Shown one piece after another: positions 14,871 through 31,110 of a stretch of DNA of 64,000 nucleotides. Both the position numbers and the translations under genes were made by a program. The stretch is from Rhizophagus irregularis (lineage: Eukaryota), in contig NC_089436.1 of assembly GCF_026210795.1 (NCBI RefSeq), positions 1,364,001-1,428,000 on the forward strand. The letters are read 5' to 3'. The notes below the pieces were generated by a model. It saw only the letters and a program-made list of their open reading frames with translations. It was not told where the DNA came from and ran no database searches. Each line of letters starts with the position of its first letter. Position 1 is the stretch's first letter.

Positions 14871-15758
14871 AAATGCGAGTCCCAGCATCATATTTATTTC
14901 TTTGCTCTCTCACATTTTCGAAAAATATCTATAACTAATTTATTTCTCTATAGCTAACTACGAGATTCTCGGCCTTTTCAACAATAGATATTCGAAATAA
15001 ATAATCCACCCATATATACAGAATGTTTGCCCATTTATATCACTCGCATAAATTATAAAGAAACTATCGATTTTAGCCAATTTCCGCAAGAGAACTTCCC
15101 AGAGATTAAGTAATTTCAAAACTACTGCGTAAATTCTGGAGATTAGCAATGAGTTAAAGAAAATAAGCGATGCAATATTTCTCGATTAAACTTACCAATT
15201 TACTTAATTTTCATAATATTCCAATCCACCTCATATACAAGGAATCGATTACTTAATTTCTTCTGCACTACGACACTGCGCAGAATTCTGCACGTGAAGA
15301 CTTTTGCTGTGCCGTTGCATGTGACGAGTTTCATGTGAATAATTTCACTGCGCGTGATGATAGTCTGAGATTTTCTCGGCATGCCGATATATAACAAGAA
15401 GGTAAAATGTCCGTTTTTATTTTGGAACATCTATAGGAAGATTGATTAACATCGTGATGACAAGTTTCAAGAAGCTAGCCGAACAATAAACCATCTTACC
15501 TTATTATTACTTTGCAGAATATACGAGTTCATTTGATTAATGATATTGATGATGTACAGTAAATAATGGTAAGCTAGATTGGTTTAATTAGTTAGTTTTG
15601 TTTGATTTTTATTTTACTTGCATGAGGTAGACAAAAGGATTCGTTAACCGGGACATCACCTTTTTATACAATTTGGAGGATCGACCTTTTGGGAAAAATT
15701 ACATTAATATGATCGCATCACGAAAATCTGATCAACGGCATCCCTTAATTTAACAATA
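14871..15758 (+). repeat. ~900-bp dispersed repeat, copy 1
   Basis: Collinear blocks shared with 57299-58220 (ATGCGAGTCCCAGCATCA; TTTCAAGAAGCTAGCCGA; AACCGGGACATCACCTTTTTAT; CATCACGAAAATCTGATCAACGGC). Confidence 0.85.
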
Positions 15759-17544
15759 AAGAATTACGTATCCAACGCCGATGTTTTATATTATGTATAT
15801 AAAATGATGTATTAATTTACTTTTCAACAACTTGAACTTTGTTCTATTTGTAAATATGAATAAAAACTATCATTTGTAGTGATCTTGAGTTTTAACTGAA
15901 GTTAATAATAAACCTTCGATAGTCTAGGCGATTGAAATTCATCTTTGTCCAATTTTATGACATCTTGTGAAATAGAAGTATTTTATGCGAAACTCCGTCT
16001 TAATAACCTATTCCAAATAATAATTTCATCCAAATCCAAATTATCCCGTTTTAAAAGCAACTCCAGAATAAAATACAATTTTAGCTTCTTGAAAAATTTT
16101 CTCAAACATTAATTAAAATAATTCCACAAATCCATAAGTAAATTACTTATGTTGATAAGTTGTTCAAGAATTTCTATTCTGTTGCAAAAAACTCACAATC
16201 ACACCTTTTTTAATGTACAATATCCATATTATCGTACGGCTAATGCAGATCATGCTTTATTTTGTTTATTATTAATAGACTTATTCTTTCAAAGTATCTA
16301 TGAATAATACAAGAGATTAGAGTGAGATTGGATATTAAGTTCATTTACTGCAATTAAGAACTGGAATATTTCAGAACTTTGTAGTTTTTTCAAATCAATA
16401 AAATTTACACTATAGGTATTAGTTACCGAAGTCCATTTTGTTTAACTCGTATTACAAAACTACTTGATCGAAATGTCATATTACCGAAAGTTACTTGATC
16501 GAAATGCCAATTTGCCAAAATCCATTTTACTGGAGGAATATTTTATCAAAATACGAAAATTAATTTTTTTAATGAAATAAAAATGAATTTTAATTATATG
16601 AAAATGATCCGAGTCATTTGAATTTCAAGAATCAAAAAAGCGCTTTCTTTAGTTATTATTGAAAAATACAATAACTAGAAGACAGATCGGTATCCTGTTG
16701 ATTTGTTAATTGTTAATTGCATCGGGAATTGATATTGTCACGAGGTATCGCATGTGAACATTACCACCATTATATGCGCAAATTATCCGATCCGCAGATC
16801 TGATTATCAATATGATTCGCGGTTCCAGATTAATAACAAAATTGGGATTCAAATCGGGATCTGAATCAAATTTATAAGGATCGGATCACATTTTTATGTT
16901 TTCATCAGAGTTTTTTTTTATTACACTAGATATAGCGAACTTTTATAGTAAAACACTCCGTATCCTATCATTTTGATATACCTGCTTTCCCAAAGTTTTT
17001 CACCCACGTGACTTGCATAATTTATCGCCCTGTGCACGTTTAAGTATTCTGAGACGAATTTCTTAGTGTCACCTATGATCATGTGAATAAAATTTTATTT
17101 GTGCTTACCTAACAGTTCGGTTTATATAATAACATTATGTAGTGAACTCACTCTATACGGAGAGTTCATTATATCTAGTGGCGATTGTACCAGAAAACAA
17201 TGTATGGAAGAATCCACAACAGTTCAGAAATCAATCCACACTTGGACTACATATTTCCATCAGAACTCCTGGTTTATCTGGTTTATGCATGAACTTGTTG
17301 AAACTTGATTATCCCAGAATACAAATATAGTTGAGGCATTCCGCTAATGGAATGAATACATTGATTGGAAGAGCACATATTAATGTTTACAATTATAGAA
17401 GAAAAAATTAATTTACTTCATATTTCTAATTATATAGCAGAAAAATAACAAAAATAAATATTCTTAATAATATTTTTAAAATTTTAAATAAAAAAGGTAC
17501 TTGGTATAATCCCTCTTGTAATACAAATAAATAAATATTATAAT

Positions 17545-17714
17545 TTTAGCATACTTTCTCTTATTGCCAATATTAGAAGGCAAATCCAGTATTTAATTCC
17601 TATCATTGTATTACTAGAATTTGATTCTCTGTTGAATTCCATATTTAGAAAAACAGAAAAACAAAAACTCTCCGTAGTAATAGATCGTCATCATATGATT
17701 GTTTTCATTCGGAG
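17545..17714 (+). repeat. ~170-bp direct repeat, copy 2
   Basis: Matches 12042-12222. Confidence 0.9.
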
Positions 17715-18290
17715 CGGAATAAATGTTTTGAGCGTAAAATGGTGAATACACTGTACTGTACATATTTATATTCATAAAATGGAAATTGTAATGATTTGAT
17801 GAATTAGCGTTAAAAGAATTAGGAAACGATCAGGTTTTCAATCCAAGTAAAATTCGACAAATGTTTATAAATAGTGCTACAGTAATGAATTATTTTTAAA
17901 ACTAGGAAAACGGTAACCGTTAAAATCTGTCACTCATGAACTTTTTTTATTACAACATTAAATAAAAAAAATTGATTACGACAATAGCAAATTATCAGTG
18001 TTACAAAAAAAGGAATATGATTGAATAAAACATATAGAAAATCATCGTTTAAATTTGGATGTTAAAAAATTTCTTCAACGTGCTAACCCTAAGAACAATA
18101 ATTCAAAATCAAATAGTCTAAAAATTAGATATACCAAATTATTTATTTAGTTATAAAATCAATTTAATAAATAACGAATCGATTTGTGACTTACGTAGTA
18201 TGTAATTACTATTTGTTGCTGACTTAGCCAAGTTTTTTAAAAAACTTGTTGTCACCTGATCACCACGTTGAGGTGCAGCAACATTGATCA

Positions 18291-19380
18291 GGGGGGAAAG
18301 GGGAGATACGAAAGGGAAAGGGGAGATACGAAAGGGAAGGGGAGAACGAAGGGAAAGGGGAGATACGAAAGGGAAAGGGGAGAACGAAAGGGAAAGGGGA
18401 GATACGAAAGGGAAAGGGGAGATACGAAAGGGAAAGGGGAGATACGAAAGGGAAAGGGGAGAACGAAAGGGAAAGGGGAGATACGAAAAGGAAAGGGGAG
18501 ATACGAAAGGGAAAGGGGAGATACGAAAAGGAAAGGGGGAGATACGAAAGGGAAGGAGATACGAAAGGGAAAGGGGAGATACGAAAGGGAAAGGGAGATA
18601 CGAAAGGGAAGGAGATACGAAAGGGAAAGGGGAGATACGAAAGAGAAGGGGAGAACGAAGGGAAAGGGGAGATACGAAAGGGAAGGGAAAGGGGAGATAC
18701 GAAAGGGAAAGGGGAGATACGAAAGGGGAAAGGGGAGATACGAAAGGGAAAGGGGAGATACGAAAGGGGAAAGGGGAGATACGAAAGGGAAAGGGGAGAT
18801 ACGAAAGGGGAAAGGGGAAATACGAAAGGGAAAGGGAGATACGAAAGGGAAAGGGGAGATACGAAAGGGAAAGGGGAGATACGAAAGGGGAGAGAAAGGG
18901 GAGATACGAAAGGGAAAGGAGGAGATACGAAAGGGAAGGGGAGAACGAAGGAAAAGGGGAGATACGAAAGGGAAAGGGGAGAACGAAAGGGAAAGGGGAG
19001 AACGAAAGGGAAAGGGGAGATACGAAAAGGAAAGGGGAGATACGAAAGGGAAAGGGGAGATACGAAAAGGAAAGGGGGAGATACGAAAGGGAAGGGGAGA
19101 ACGAAGGGAAAGGGGAGATACGAAAGGGAAGGGAAAGGGGAGATACGAAAGGGAAAGGGGAGATACGAAAGGGAAAGGGGAGATACGAAAGGGAAAGGGG
19201 AGATATGAAAGGGAAAGGGGAGATACGAAAGGGAAAGGGGAGATACGAAAGGGAAGGGGAGAACGAAGGGAAAGGGGAGAACGAAGGGAAAGGGGAGATA
19301 CGAAAGGGAAAGGGGAGATACGAAAGGGAAAGGGGAGAACGAAAGGGAAGGGGAAAGGGAGAACGAAGGGAAAGGGGAAA
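18291..19380 (+). repeat. Purine-rich minisatellite, ~20-bp unit GGGGAGATACGAAAGGGAAA
   Basis: About 1.1 kb of tandem units with small indel variants (GAGAACGAAG); explains the five overlapping low-complexity ORFs. Confidence 0.95.
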
Positions 19381-22300
19381 GAGCAAGGAAATACACAAAC
19401 ATATACACCACCCACATACAAACCCACATACAAACCTACACACAAAACAACCCATATACCTAAAGGAAGACGCAAAGAAAAGGGGGCTAAGAATAAAGAG
19501 AAGACCTAGACAGAGAAAAGACAGACCTAAAAAAAAGAAGACAAAGAAAAAAGAAAAAAAAGACATATTTATATTATTTAAATATATACTCATGAGTCAT
19601 GAGTCAATGAGTCATGACAAAACCCACATCAAGATTACGGTACGTGTTACACGTCATAAGGATTAAGGAATTATTAATTTTTTTTTTTTTCGCGTAAGTA
19701 GCTACTGTATTATAAATCATATGAGTAATTATATTTATTAAGTCACGTGGTTAAAATTTGCTATGCTATATTTAATACTAAAGACTCTAATATATTTTAA
19801 TAAAATTTAAATTTTGCAAATAAAAAAAAACTTATCATAATGATCTTTATTTTTTATATAAATTACAATTTATTAAATCAATGTAACCACTTCTCAAAGA
19901 AAATACTAAATTAAAGTGTCCAAATGTCCCTAAAAAGAGAGAGAGAGGTGCTTTAAAATGTATCTCAAAGAAAAAGTCGAAGTTTTTTTTAAAATAAAAG
20001 GGCTAAAGAGAAATTAAGTGAGAGAGTGAAAGAACAAATCAGCGAGACTATGATATCGCGCCACTGTCATGTGGTGAACGGGATAAACCTCCTGGAACAG
20101 GTTAAGATTCCCATCTTTAAAAAGGCAAAAATCTCAGAAATATGTTATTGTACGATAAATGATTGTTCATACCACCTTGCTCCGACCGGGAATTAACTTC
20201 GTCTTGTCCAGACTATGCAAAGCAACAGGCCACCTGACATCTACTTCTATATTAATACAATATAAATTGTTTTAACCAGAGAGTTCGTTATATCGAGTTC
20301 TGATCGTATTTAATATTTATAGGTATATTGTTTTTTTGTTCTCTCCAAAATAAAAAGAAAACCTAGAAAAAAAAAATCTCATCGCATACCAAGTGAAATC
20401 CCACAGAAATCTTGACTTTTCAAAATAAAATTTACTCTCTTAAAATCAATTCTTTACTTACATCACGCGTTCTACGAATAATTATCACTAACTGAATTTG
20501 TTGTATTACAGTCTTGGCTAATTCAAGTTTCAGTGGCTTAGATAACCAAATCTGTTTATTTCCGAAAAAAAGAGAGATATGCAACTTGAAGCTTCGAATA
20601 CTGTTATACCAGACATTGAAGGTACGAGTTATTTTGTATCAGTAGTGTTCTCAGAAAACCCAGCAGTACTTAATAATTTTACTCACCATTCCAAACTCGT
20701 ATGTTCAACCTAATATCAATAGCGAAATGCTTTAACGAAATCTAAAATTTTGTGTTGCAAATGTAGAAGGGCTCACAGATAATAAAGTTCAAACATTCTT
20801 TAAGTTACATAAGTTGTGTTTACTACGTATTGTTGGACTGAATAAGTGACCCTTTAGCCTCAATTGTACTTATTTATCATGAACAGAAGTTGTTAAGTTA
20901 TATTTCAAAACTCAGCAATCATCCCTATGCAAACTATTGCTTGAACAGAATCATTACGTGTCATTAGATCCCGAATTTGTCATAAATATTGAAGACGCGA
21001 ATGTGGAAGACTTTTTTATTATGTTTACCATTTGATAGGTTATTATTGTTTTTGACATAAGAAACTTTTTTAAAAGAACGAAAGCCTGAATAATATTATA
21101 TCAAGCAATAGACTTGGAGAAACACAGGTCGCTCCAGAGATTCTCGTCTGGGTTAGTGAGAATATATGTTCCTTTGGCAAACGGAAACATACAGATCAAA
21201 AACTTTTGGTCATTCGTGTAATCTCTACATATTTTACATTTATAATTTATAAAACAGAGATTCCATGCAGAGTATTTGAAGGAACTTGAAAACGGCCTAC
21301 CGCAAGAGCAGTCAGTTAAAATTCAAAAAATGGCCGGCTGATTTACAATCTTGCAGGACAAAATGGAAATGAGACGAGCAGTGTTGATAAGCATTAGCTT
21401 AAATTCGTGCATCACTTTTACAAGGGATAATTAATTTAGTCGTACTTGGGAGCATTTTTGTATGTTACATCATTATGAAACTAAACTTTTTACGTTATTA
21501 TTGTTCTTATTCAAAATCGAATGAATGACCTTATTAATACAATTTTATTCCAAGTGTATCTAAATATATATTTTTATTTTGCGCTAAAATAGTGACATCC
21601 GGCAGTGTTATAAATTCAAAAAATTCTTATACGCGCAAAGCGCATATCATTAATAAAATTCATATGCGCAACCTACTAATTTCATATGCGCTTTATATAT
21701 TAGAATAGGCGCTACTAAGAAAAATGCCGCCTAATATTTTCAACGAAATACGCGGGAAATAAAAGTAATGTACGCTGCGCCTACTGCGCACTGGACTGAC
21801 ATGCATATTGTTTGTTTATTTCTAATTATAATATGGTATATATATATATGTCTTTAATCTGCAATTACAAATATACAAATAGAAAAGAATTATAAATCAT
21901 TCTTTACAAATCATATTACACAATTATTATATTTTTTATTTAAAATTAATATTTATTTTTAGTAAAATTGAAGAACTTATACGTTCAAACTGCATCTCTT
22001 TTATTAGTAATAAAAATCGAAAATCTTAGATTTTTCAGTTGAAAGGTAAACTGAATACTCATAATACCGAATATAATATTCACAATAATTTATTCAGCTC
22101 ATATCATAAATAAATATCAATCGCCCTAATATCAATCTAAATATAATGTTATAATATCGATCTATTCGATATTTAACTTGATGTAGTTATACTTCATTTG
22201 GAAAAACGTTTTTGAAACGAATGACTTGAAACCTAAATTGGATTACGGATGGCATAATTAAATTTTCTAAACTTGATTGATTGGATATTAATCGAATACA

Positions 22301-23344
22301 ATAAGTACATCGTCGTATACTTTCTTTATATTTTCTACCTCAGGAAATAAAGAAAAAATCGAAAGGTTTTAGCACTAAAAAAATCAAATTCTTTAAAAAC
22401 AAATCACAAAATAAATTTTTTTTTATTATTTTTAACAAAAATTTGATTTTAACGAATTAATTATCACAAAAAAAACTTGTTCAATTATGTTCCTGAGATA
22501 TCGACTGTCCGTTAAGTAGTACTTTGAATTTGATTGTAATTCACTTTATAATAAAATATGAATCTTAATACAGAATCAACTCGAAAGACTTATGCAATCA
22601 AAATATAGGATAACAAAAAAAAAATTATTTTTTTATTTAAATAATTTCCGTAATATGTGTGGTATCATTATTCCAATAATAAATACCGCATTTTTTCTTG
22701 TGGATAATAAATATCAGTTATCTCCTACAAGAATGGAATGTATTATACTGTACTTTAATAATTTGTTTGTGAACATGCACACCCATCACGATTAACATTA
22801 AAGGCATACGGATGAATTATTATATTATGTAAGGATAAATACTATATTAATGGTTAGAATAATTCCGAAAATGAATCAATAAATTGATAAATGGCGAGAT
22901 ATTAATTTATCATTTAACAATCAAGCCTGTGGTACATGACTCAGCTATTTATATATAAACCGTATTGAAAAAGCTATATACAGTCTACCGATTGAAGAAC
23001 AGCATTTTTTCTAGAAAATTAGTTAATAAATTGTTAAAAATGACGAGATATTAAGTTATCATTATAACAATCAAGCTCGTGGTTGACTTAAAACCTATTT
23101 ATACATAAACCTTTGTTTATGGTCATTTATCCGTCATCTATTTGAAGTAAACTGGTTGAAATTACCCAATTTACTTTAAATTTAGACTAAACTATTTTAT
23201 TAATAATTATAGTTCGCAAATCGTAGCAACGTGCTACAAGATTATGTAAATTATTTTACACAAACGTATGTCGATCATCTAATAAGATATAAGTGCAAAA
23301 AAAAAGTTGATCCAACATCATCAAAAAAACTCTCTTTCTTCAAC

Positions 23345-25193
<1,849 letters not shown>

Positions 25194-25529
25194 TGATGAT
25201 TTTTTATTTTCAACTTGAAAATTAAAATTAAGAACGATAGATACAATATTTTAGTTATCTCTATATTAATTTTATTAGAAAATTTAGTTATTTTCATTTT
25301 AATTATTTTAGTGATAACAAAAATATTAACAACATTATTTTATTCATTATAGTTTTTATCTTTTTCAATATAAATTCGAAATTAAAATAGTTCTTTCAAA
25401 CATTTATATATATAAACACAATTTTTAGAATAAAACAAATTAAACATTATCAAGCATTTTATCCTCTTTTTTTTATTTTATTAAACATTTCTGTCTTTTT
25501 TTTTTTAAAAAAAAAATTTCGTTCATTTA

Positions 25530-27167
25530 TCAAACTTTATTTTCTAATAATCTATATAAGTATTCAAAAGTTGCAAATTGTATACCACCACCAGGAGCAA
25601 TTCTAATGATTCTTAATAAAGAACCTTTAAATAAAGAGAGGGGACCTTCATATTTCATCATAATCTTCACACAATCCCAAGAACTTTTATATGAAGCAGA
25701 TTGATCTTGCATTCTCGTTTTAACTACATCAGGAGGTGAATTAAGAATTCCTACTAATACATTTGATAAGAATCCTGATGCAACAAAATGGTGAGGTTTC
25801 AAATTATCATTACTTTGCATACGAAATAAATCTAAAAACAGTGCAAATCCAGTGAACTAGAAATATAAAATTTAAAGAATTAAGAAAAATTCTATTAAAA
25901 AACATTTAAAAATTTTAAATAATTAACTTACTTTTACAGCCAATCCCCACGATTGTCTAAATATCGTAGGTACCAATCCTTTATAAAGTGCTGTTATCCT
26001 ATAATTATAAATTAATTTATTAATATACAAATATATAAAGTATAAAAATATATGTAGGTTTAATACATACTTACCCTTCCTCTTTTACAATTAATGCAAT
26101 AGTGGAAAACATTCCATGATATTTAAATCGATTTATATCAGTTTGTTGTCTTATTTTAATTAATTCTAATGGGGTTACTAAAGTTATTGCTTGCATTATT
26201 CCTGTACATACCTAATATCATTAAAAACAAAATTTTATTTAAATATTTTTAAAACATTTAGATCTAAGAAATCATATACTTACCCCGGTAAATGCAGATG
26301 CACTATATTAATAAAAATCAAGTTAAAAATTAATCAGAGCGTGATAATGATACATAAGTTAGTAATAGACAAACCTTCCAGATGGTATAAATTTTCCTTC
26401 CATTCTTTCAAATATTGGTTTAAACATTGCTAATCCTGTATACTGTAATGATACTCTAAGTAAAAAGTAATTAAGATTTAACGTTAAAATTATAATTTTT
26501 TTTTTTTAATTTTTTTTTAAAAAAAAAAAATTTTTTCCTTTTAATTCATACCTTGGAGTAACGATACACATTACAGGTAATGTTCCTCTATACAAAGCTA
26601 AAATATATAAAGTTAATTAATTTATTCATAAATACATTTATATATATGCAATAAAATTGAAATTACCAAAAAATCCCTCTTGTTTAACAATTTTAGCAAA
26701 TGATCTTAATATACTAATATCATTATAATTTGATGCAACTCGAATTGACTAAAAAGTAATCATTGTTTCCAATAAGAAATTAACGAATAAAATGGCAAGT
26801 AGGTTTAATAATGGTATTCTGATTACCTGATATCTTTCATAAAAAATTGGTAATGTTAGATATTTGATGAAATTAAATAAATAGATTGAAATCAAACTCA
26901 CCTTGTTTTCAATACGTCTGTAGGCTAAAAATTTATTAAAAATTGTTAAAATAAATGAATTAAAAAAAAGTTTTTAACCCGATTTAAACAAAAAAAAACA
27001 ATTAACCTGCATTAACGATACTTCAACCAAGCTAAAATCATCAAATTCATCAATTAAAAAATCTAGTAGGTAATTATTTAACAAATGAAAATATAATCTT
27101 ACCCTGCTCCAGTACCGGCTAAAGTTGAAGCGAATATATTTCTCTTTTGGCCTTTTTGTCCAGACAT
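25530..27167 (-). CDS. Mitochondrial carrier family (SLC25) protein, possibly di/tricarboxylate type
   Basis: Three signature repeats PTDVLKTR, PLELIKIR, PPDVVKTR with following EG...LY(R/K)G-like motifs, split over many short exons. Confidence 0.9.
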
Positions 27168-29899
27168 TATTGTAATATGTAAAAAAAGATGGATGGAATT
27201 TTAAATCAAATTATTCCGATCCGCGATCTCCCGATACGATCACGTCACGTTATTAAGAACGAATGAAAAAATTGTTAAAAAAAGCTTTTGTTTAAAGTAA
27301 AGGGTTAGGGATTACAAATGTTAATATATATTTTTTGATTTAATTCTCAAAATTCTAATATTTTTTATTTTACTTACATTTTTGATAAAAGTTTTTACTT
27401 AACGTTATTACGCGATTTTCATTAATGTAATTTTATTAATAATATTAAATTTAATATTTAATGCTTCGCTTATTGCACCTACATTCACGAGAATAAGAAT
27501 ATTAATTAAAATTCGTTTATTTAAATTCGTTAGTATCGCTCATGATTATGTCTCAGAATACCACAAAAATAATCACGTTTTTGAATTGGCGTCATTAAAT
27601 TTTCTTGAGCATATTATTAAAATGATGCTCCATCATAGACAAATGATACGAATGAGTAAATAAATAAGAAGATTCTCACCGAGCTCAAATTTCCCAAAAT
27701 TTGTCTTAGAAAATTGATGTATAAATAAAAAAAAAAATTGTGATTAGATTATTAGAAAATCAAAAAATATCTCAATAAATAAACTTAACTTTATATCATA
27801 TTTATATTTCAAGCTTTACCAATTAGGATCAAAAATAAAATAAGTTAATATCAAATTATAAACTTGTCCCAATCAATTTTTAATTTTACAATAATGAAAA
27901 AATCTCAGTCTAAAAATAAATATTCCTGTCATGCTAGGAAAAATTTTCCATTCGGTACTTTTCGAATCGATTAAAAAGCATCATCGAATTTTGAAGATAA
28001 TGGATGTTATCTTACATTAATATCTGCATAAATTATTTCAAAGAATAACGTCCCTTTAATTCCGAAAGAGAGAGATTTAAAATGTATACATACTATAGAC
28101 ATACAGATATGTAGTTAAACCTATCAGGTCGGACAGATCAGCTGACAGATCAACTTGTACGACATTTCTAAAACATCCAGCTATTGTAAAGGTATTACTT
28201 TAAGTGTCATTTTATTTATTAAAATTATCAGTTATACATTCGTGATTTCGTGATTCAATATCAAAACATTATTATTCTATCTTGTGGTCTTGTGGTGCAG
28301 CATCCATAATTCTATATTGAAATAAGACAATAGGTATATAACAGATAATTTCTCTTGATTTACATTCATATTGCGGCAATAACTGATGTATTTAGTTCAA
28401 TTAAAATTACGCAAAATATCGATCTTATGAAAGCTCGAATTTTCTATCACATGGCATTTAACCAATCATGTACGCTAAATACCGTATCACTCGTTATAAA
28501 AAAATCGGCCAATTAAGTTCTCACGGATTTACTGACAATTAGCATCCCTTACCCGACGTTCACAAATCGTAATCCTGAAAATTCAAAATCCTGAAACTCA
28601 TTATCCCGAAATTTAATATTTTCATGAATACAGACATTTTAAATTAAATTTTAATCAGTATATTAAAAATAAAAAATTATATCTGGTACTGGTAAAATTA
28701 TCACTAGTAATACGTAGAAATTGCGCGGAGAAATAATTCATTGTTAAATCAACGTGTTTAAATTAGAATTACGAGACATCATTTCAGAGCGGCATAATTA
28801 ATATATTTTATTTACCAATATCGTGAATAGATAAAAATAATTATAAAGAATTAAATCAAGTACAAAAATTAACAGTTATCTAAATTTATGAGAAAAGTGC
28901 AAATCGATGAGGAAGTGGTAACAGTTTACTTTATTTTTTTACTGTAAGCAAAGCTTTCTAAACCAAACGTCTTTATTACTTATTACAAACTAATTTTTAA
29001 AGCGTGTACTACATACAGAAAAAGTTATCTTTAAAAAATTATATAACAACCTTTTGCTAATTAATGGTACCCGTATCATCATTATCGGTTATTTTCGTAT
29101 CGTGTAGTTGAGAAAGATTGATCGATTTAATGAATAATATAAATTGGCGTGTTTGATTCAAAGTACACATATTTAAAATGACAAAAGAGAAAGAAAATTT
29201 ACGATTTTGACGAATAGTCATCAGAATGCATACTGTTTGTTATAACATTTGCTATTTATTCCGTAATAAATCATAATTTAGCAAAATGATATTACTATTT
29301 ATTATTATCAATAAAAATTAATTTTCTAGTAACAAGCAAATAATACACGTTTACTTAACTGATATTGCTTATTGAATAAGAAAGATTTAATTAAATGGAT
29401 AATCAAATTATTAATTAGTAATTCTACTAAAATTAGGTTATTTATAACTAAGCACCAATTTCCAAATAAGCCATACAAACCATACCGCACATGATTGCTA
29501 TATGTTATATACTTATTGCATTTAATTTGAATCATTTTTGCATAATTACTGTTTCATAATTCATTGTCTCTTTTGTTTCATATTATTTATTAGAACTGAA
29601 AAAGGATCCGTTTCAGAATACTATGTACGGTATGATTGCACAATTCTGATAAATAATATTGAAGCAATAAGAATTTTTAATTAGGAACTTTGTTAAATTA
29701 ATGATTTTCTAAAATCATGCAATTAATTCGATATTATTTTCGTCTTACTCGATCGTAATCTTAAACCATGATTACAATCATAATAAATAACTCATTGTTG
29801 ATACTTTTTTATATGTACCATTTTATAAATACATAAAAATTATCTTGATTTTAGTCCCAATAATTCGACTTTCGTTATATATAGACACGCCTTAAATAT

Positions 29900-31110
29900 T
29901 ATGACTCTAAAGACCTCAAGATTCTTCCTAAGATTATCGGCTTTGGAGGATCCTCTTTAGATCAGGCCGCATACTGAAAGAATACACTAACAATGTTTGC
30001 GATTAAGAAATTTAACGAAAGTTCTAAGAAAGAGGAAATAATTAATGAAGTGCGTTATTTAACCATCTTGAAATTCTGATTAATTTATTTAACCTATATA
30101 ACGAACTACAGTATATCTTGAATATTTTCCTCCTCTTCGATATGGTTACTTATATTCTTTTTCTTTATAGATCAAGATTATGAAAATAGCTTCTCAGTTC
30201 TCATCCAAGTATAATTAGGTTTTTTTGGGTTACGAAGTTACAAAGTAGAGTAAATACCTAATTATGTAATTATCATATATTACTTTAAGTATCTTGTTTA
30301 CATATTTTTTATTATTAGACAATGCGAATTATTCGTTCGTTCTTGAATATGTGGAAGACGGAACATTAGAAAAACACTTAAGAGACAATGCTAGAGCTTT
30401 AATTGAATGGAAAAGACAATTAAAGTTTGCCAAAGAAATTGCGGTTGCAGTTTTCTGGTTATCATAATAAAATTATACACGGAGATCTAGTAAATATAAT
30501 CATATTTCATTCTTTCAAAGAAATGTTTCACTTTATCACGTAATTAACACATTTTTTTTTTAGAATCCCAAAAATATCTTAATGCATCCTGATTTTTGGT
30601 GTTCATGTTTAGAGGGAGAAAAAGTGTCTACTAAACCGCGTGACTCAATATCCTACGTGGATCCCAAATATTTTATACAAGTTACAAAATAACAGAAAAA
30701 TCTGACATATACATCTTCTGGGAAATTAACAAGCTGTTCATCGCCTTTTGATTATGAAACAAAAAAAAGACGAAAATGTTAGAAATTCTTACCTATCCAA
30801 AACACAAATGGTAAATTCGTTGCTCTTTATGAAAGTGAGTAAAACTACTAATATTATTTAATATTACAATTTTAACAGTTAAGTTGGCAACACGAATCAG
30901 ATGAAAAGCCGGGTATTTGCGAAGTGATTTCAAAACTCAAAAGTATTGTTCCTATTATGTCTGAAAAAAAAATGAAGTATCAACTGATTTTGATTTCAAA
31001 GAAAGCAAAAGGAGAACAAACTGAGAATAAAGTATCAACTGCAAAAGAGTATGAAAATTTTGATTTGTCAAATTGTGACGAAGATTGCGATTTAAATCAC
31101 ATCAATTATA
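29900..31110 (+). pseudogene. Tyrosine-kinase-like (TKL) protein kinase pseudogene
   Basis: Fragments IIGFGGSS, EEIINE, FVLEYVEDGTLEKHLR, QLKFAKEIA, IIHGDL, YVDPKY, WQHE with frameshifts and stops. Confidence 0.8.

Noticed and set aside
12042..17714. LTR retrotransposon
   Set aside because: No TG...CA termini, primer-binding site, polypurine tract or gag/pol remnants seen.
18151..19666. Five long ORFs (389-480 aa)
   Set aside because: By-products of a stop-free minisatellite open in several frames on both strands.
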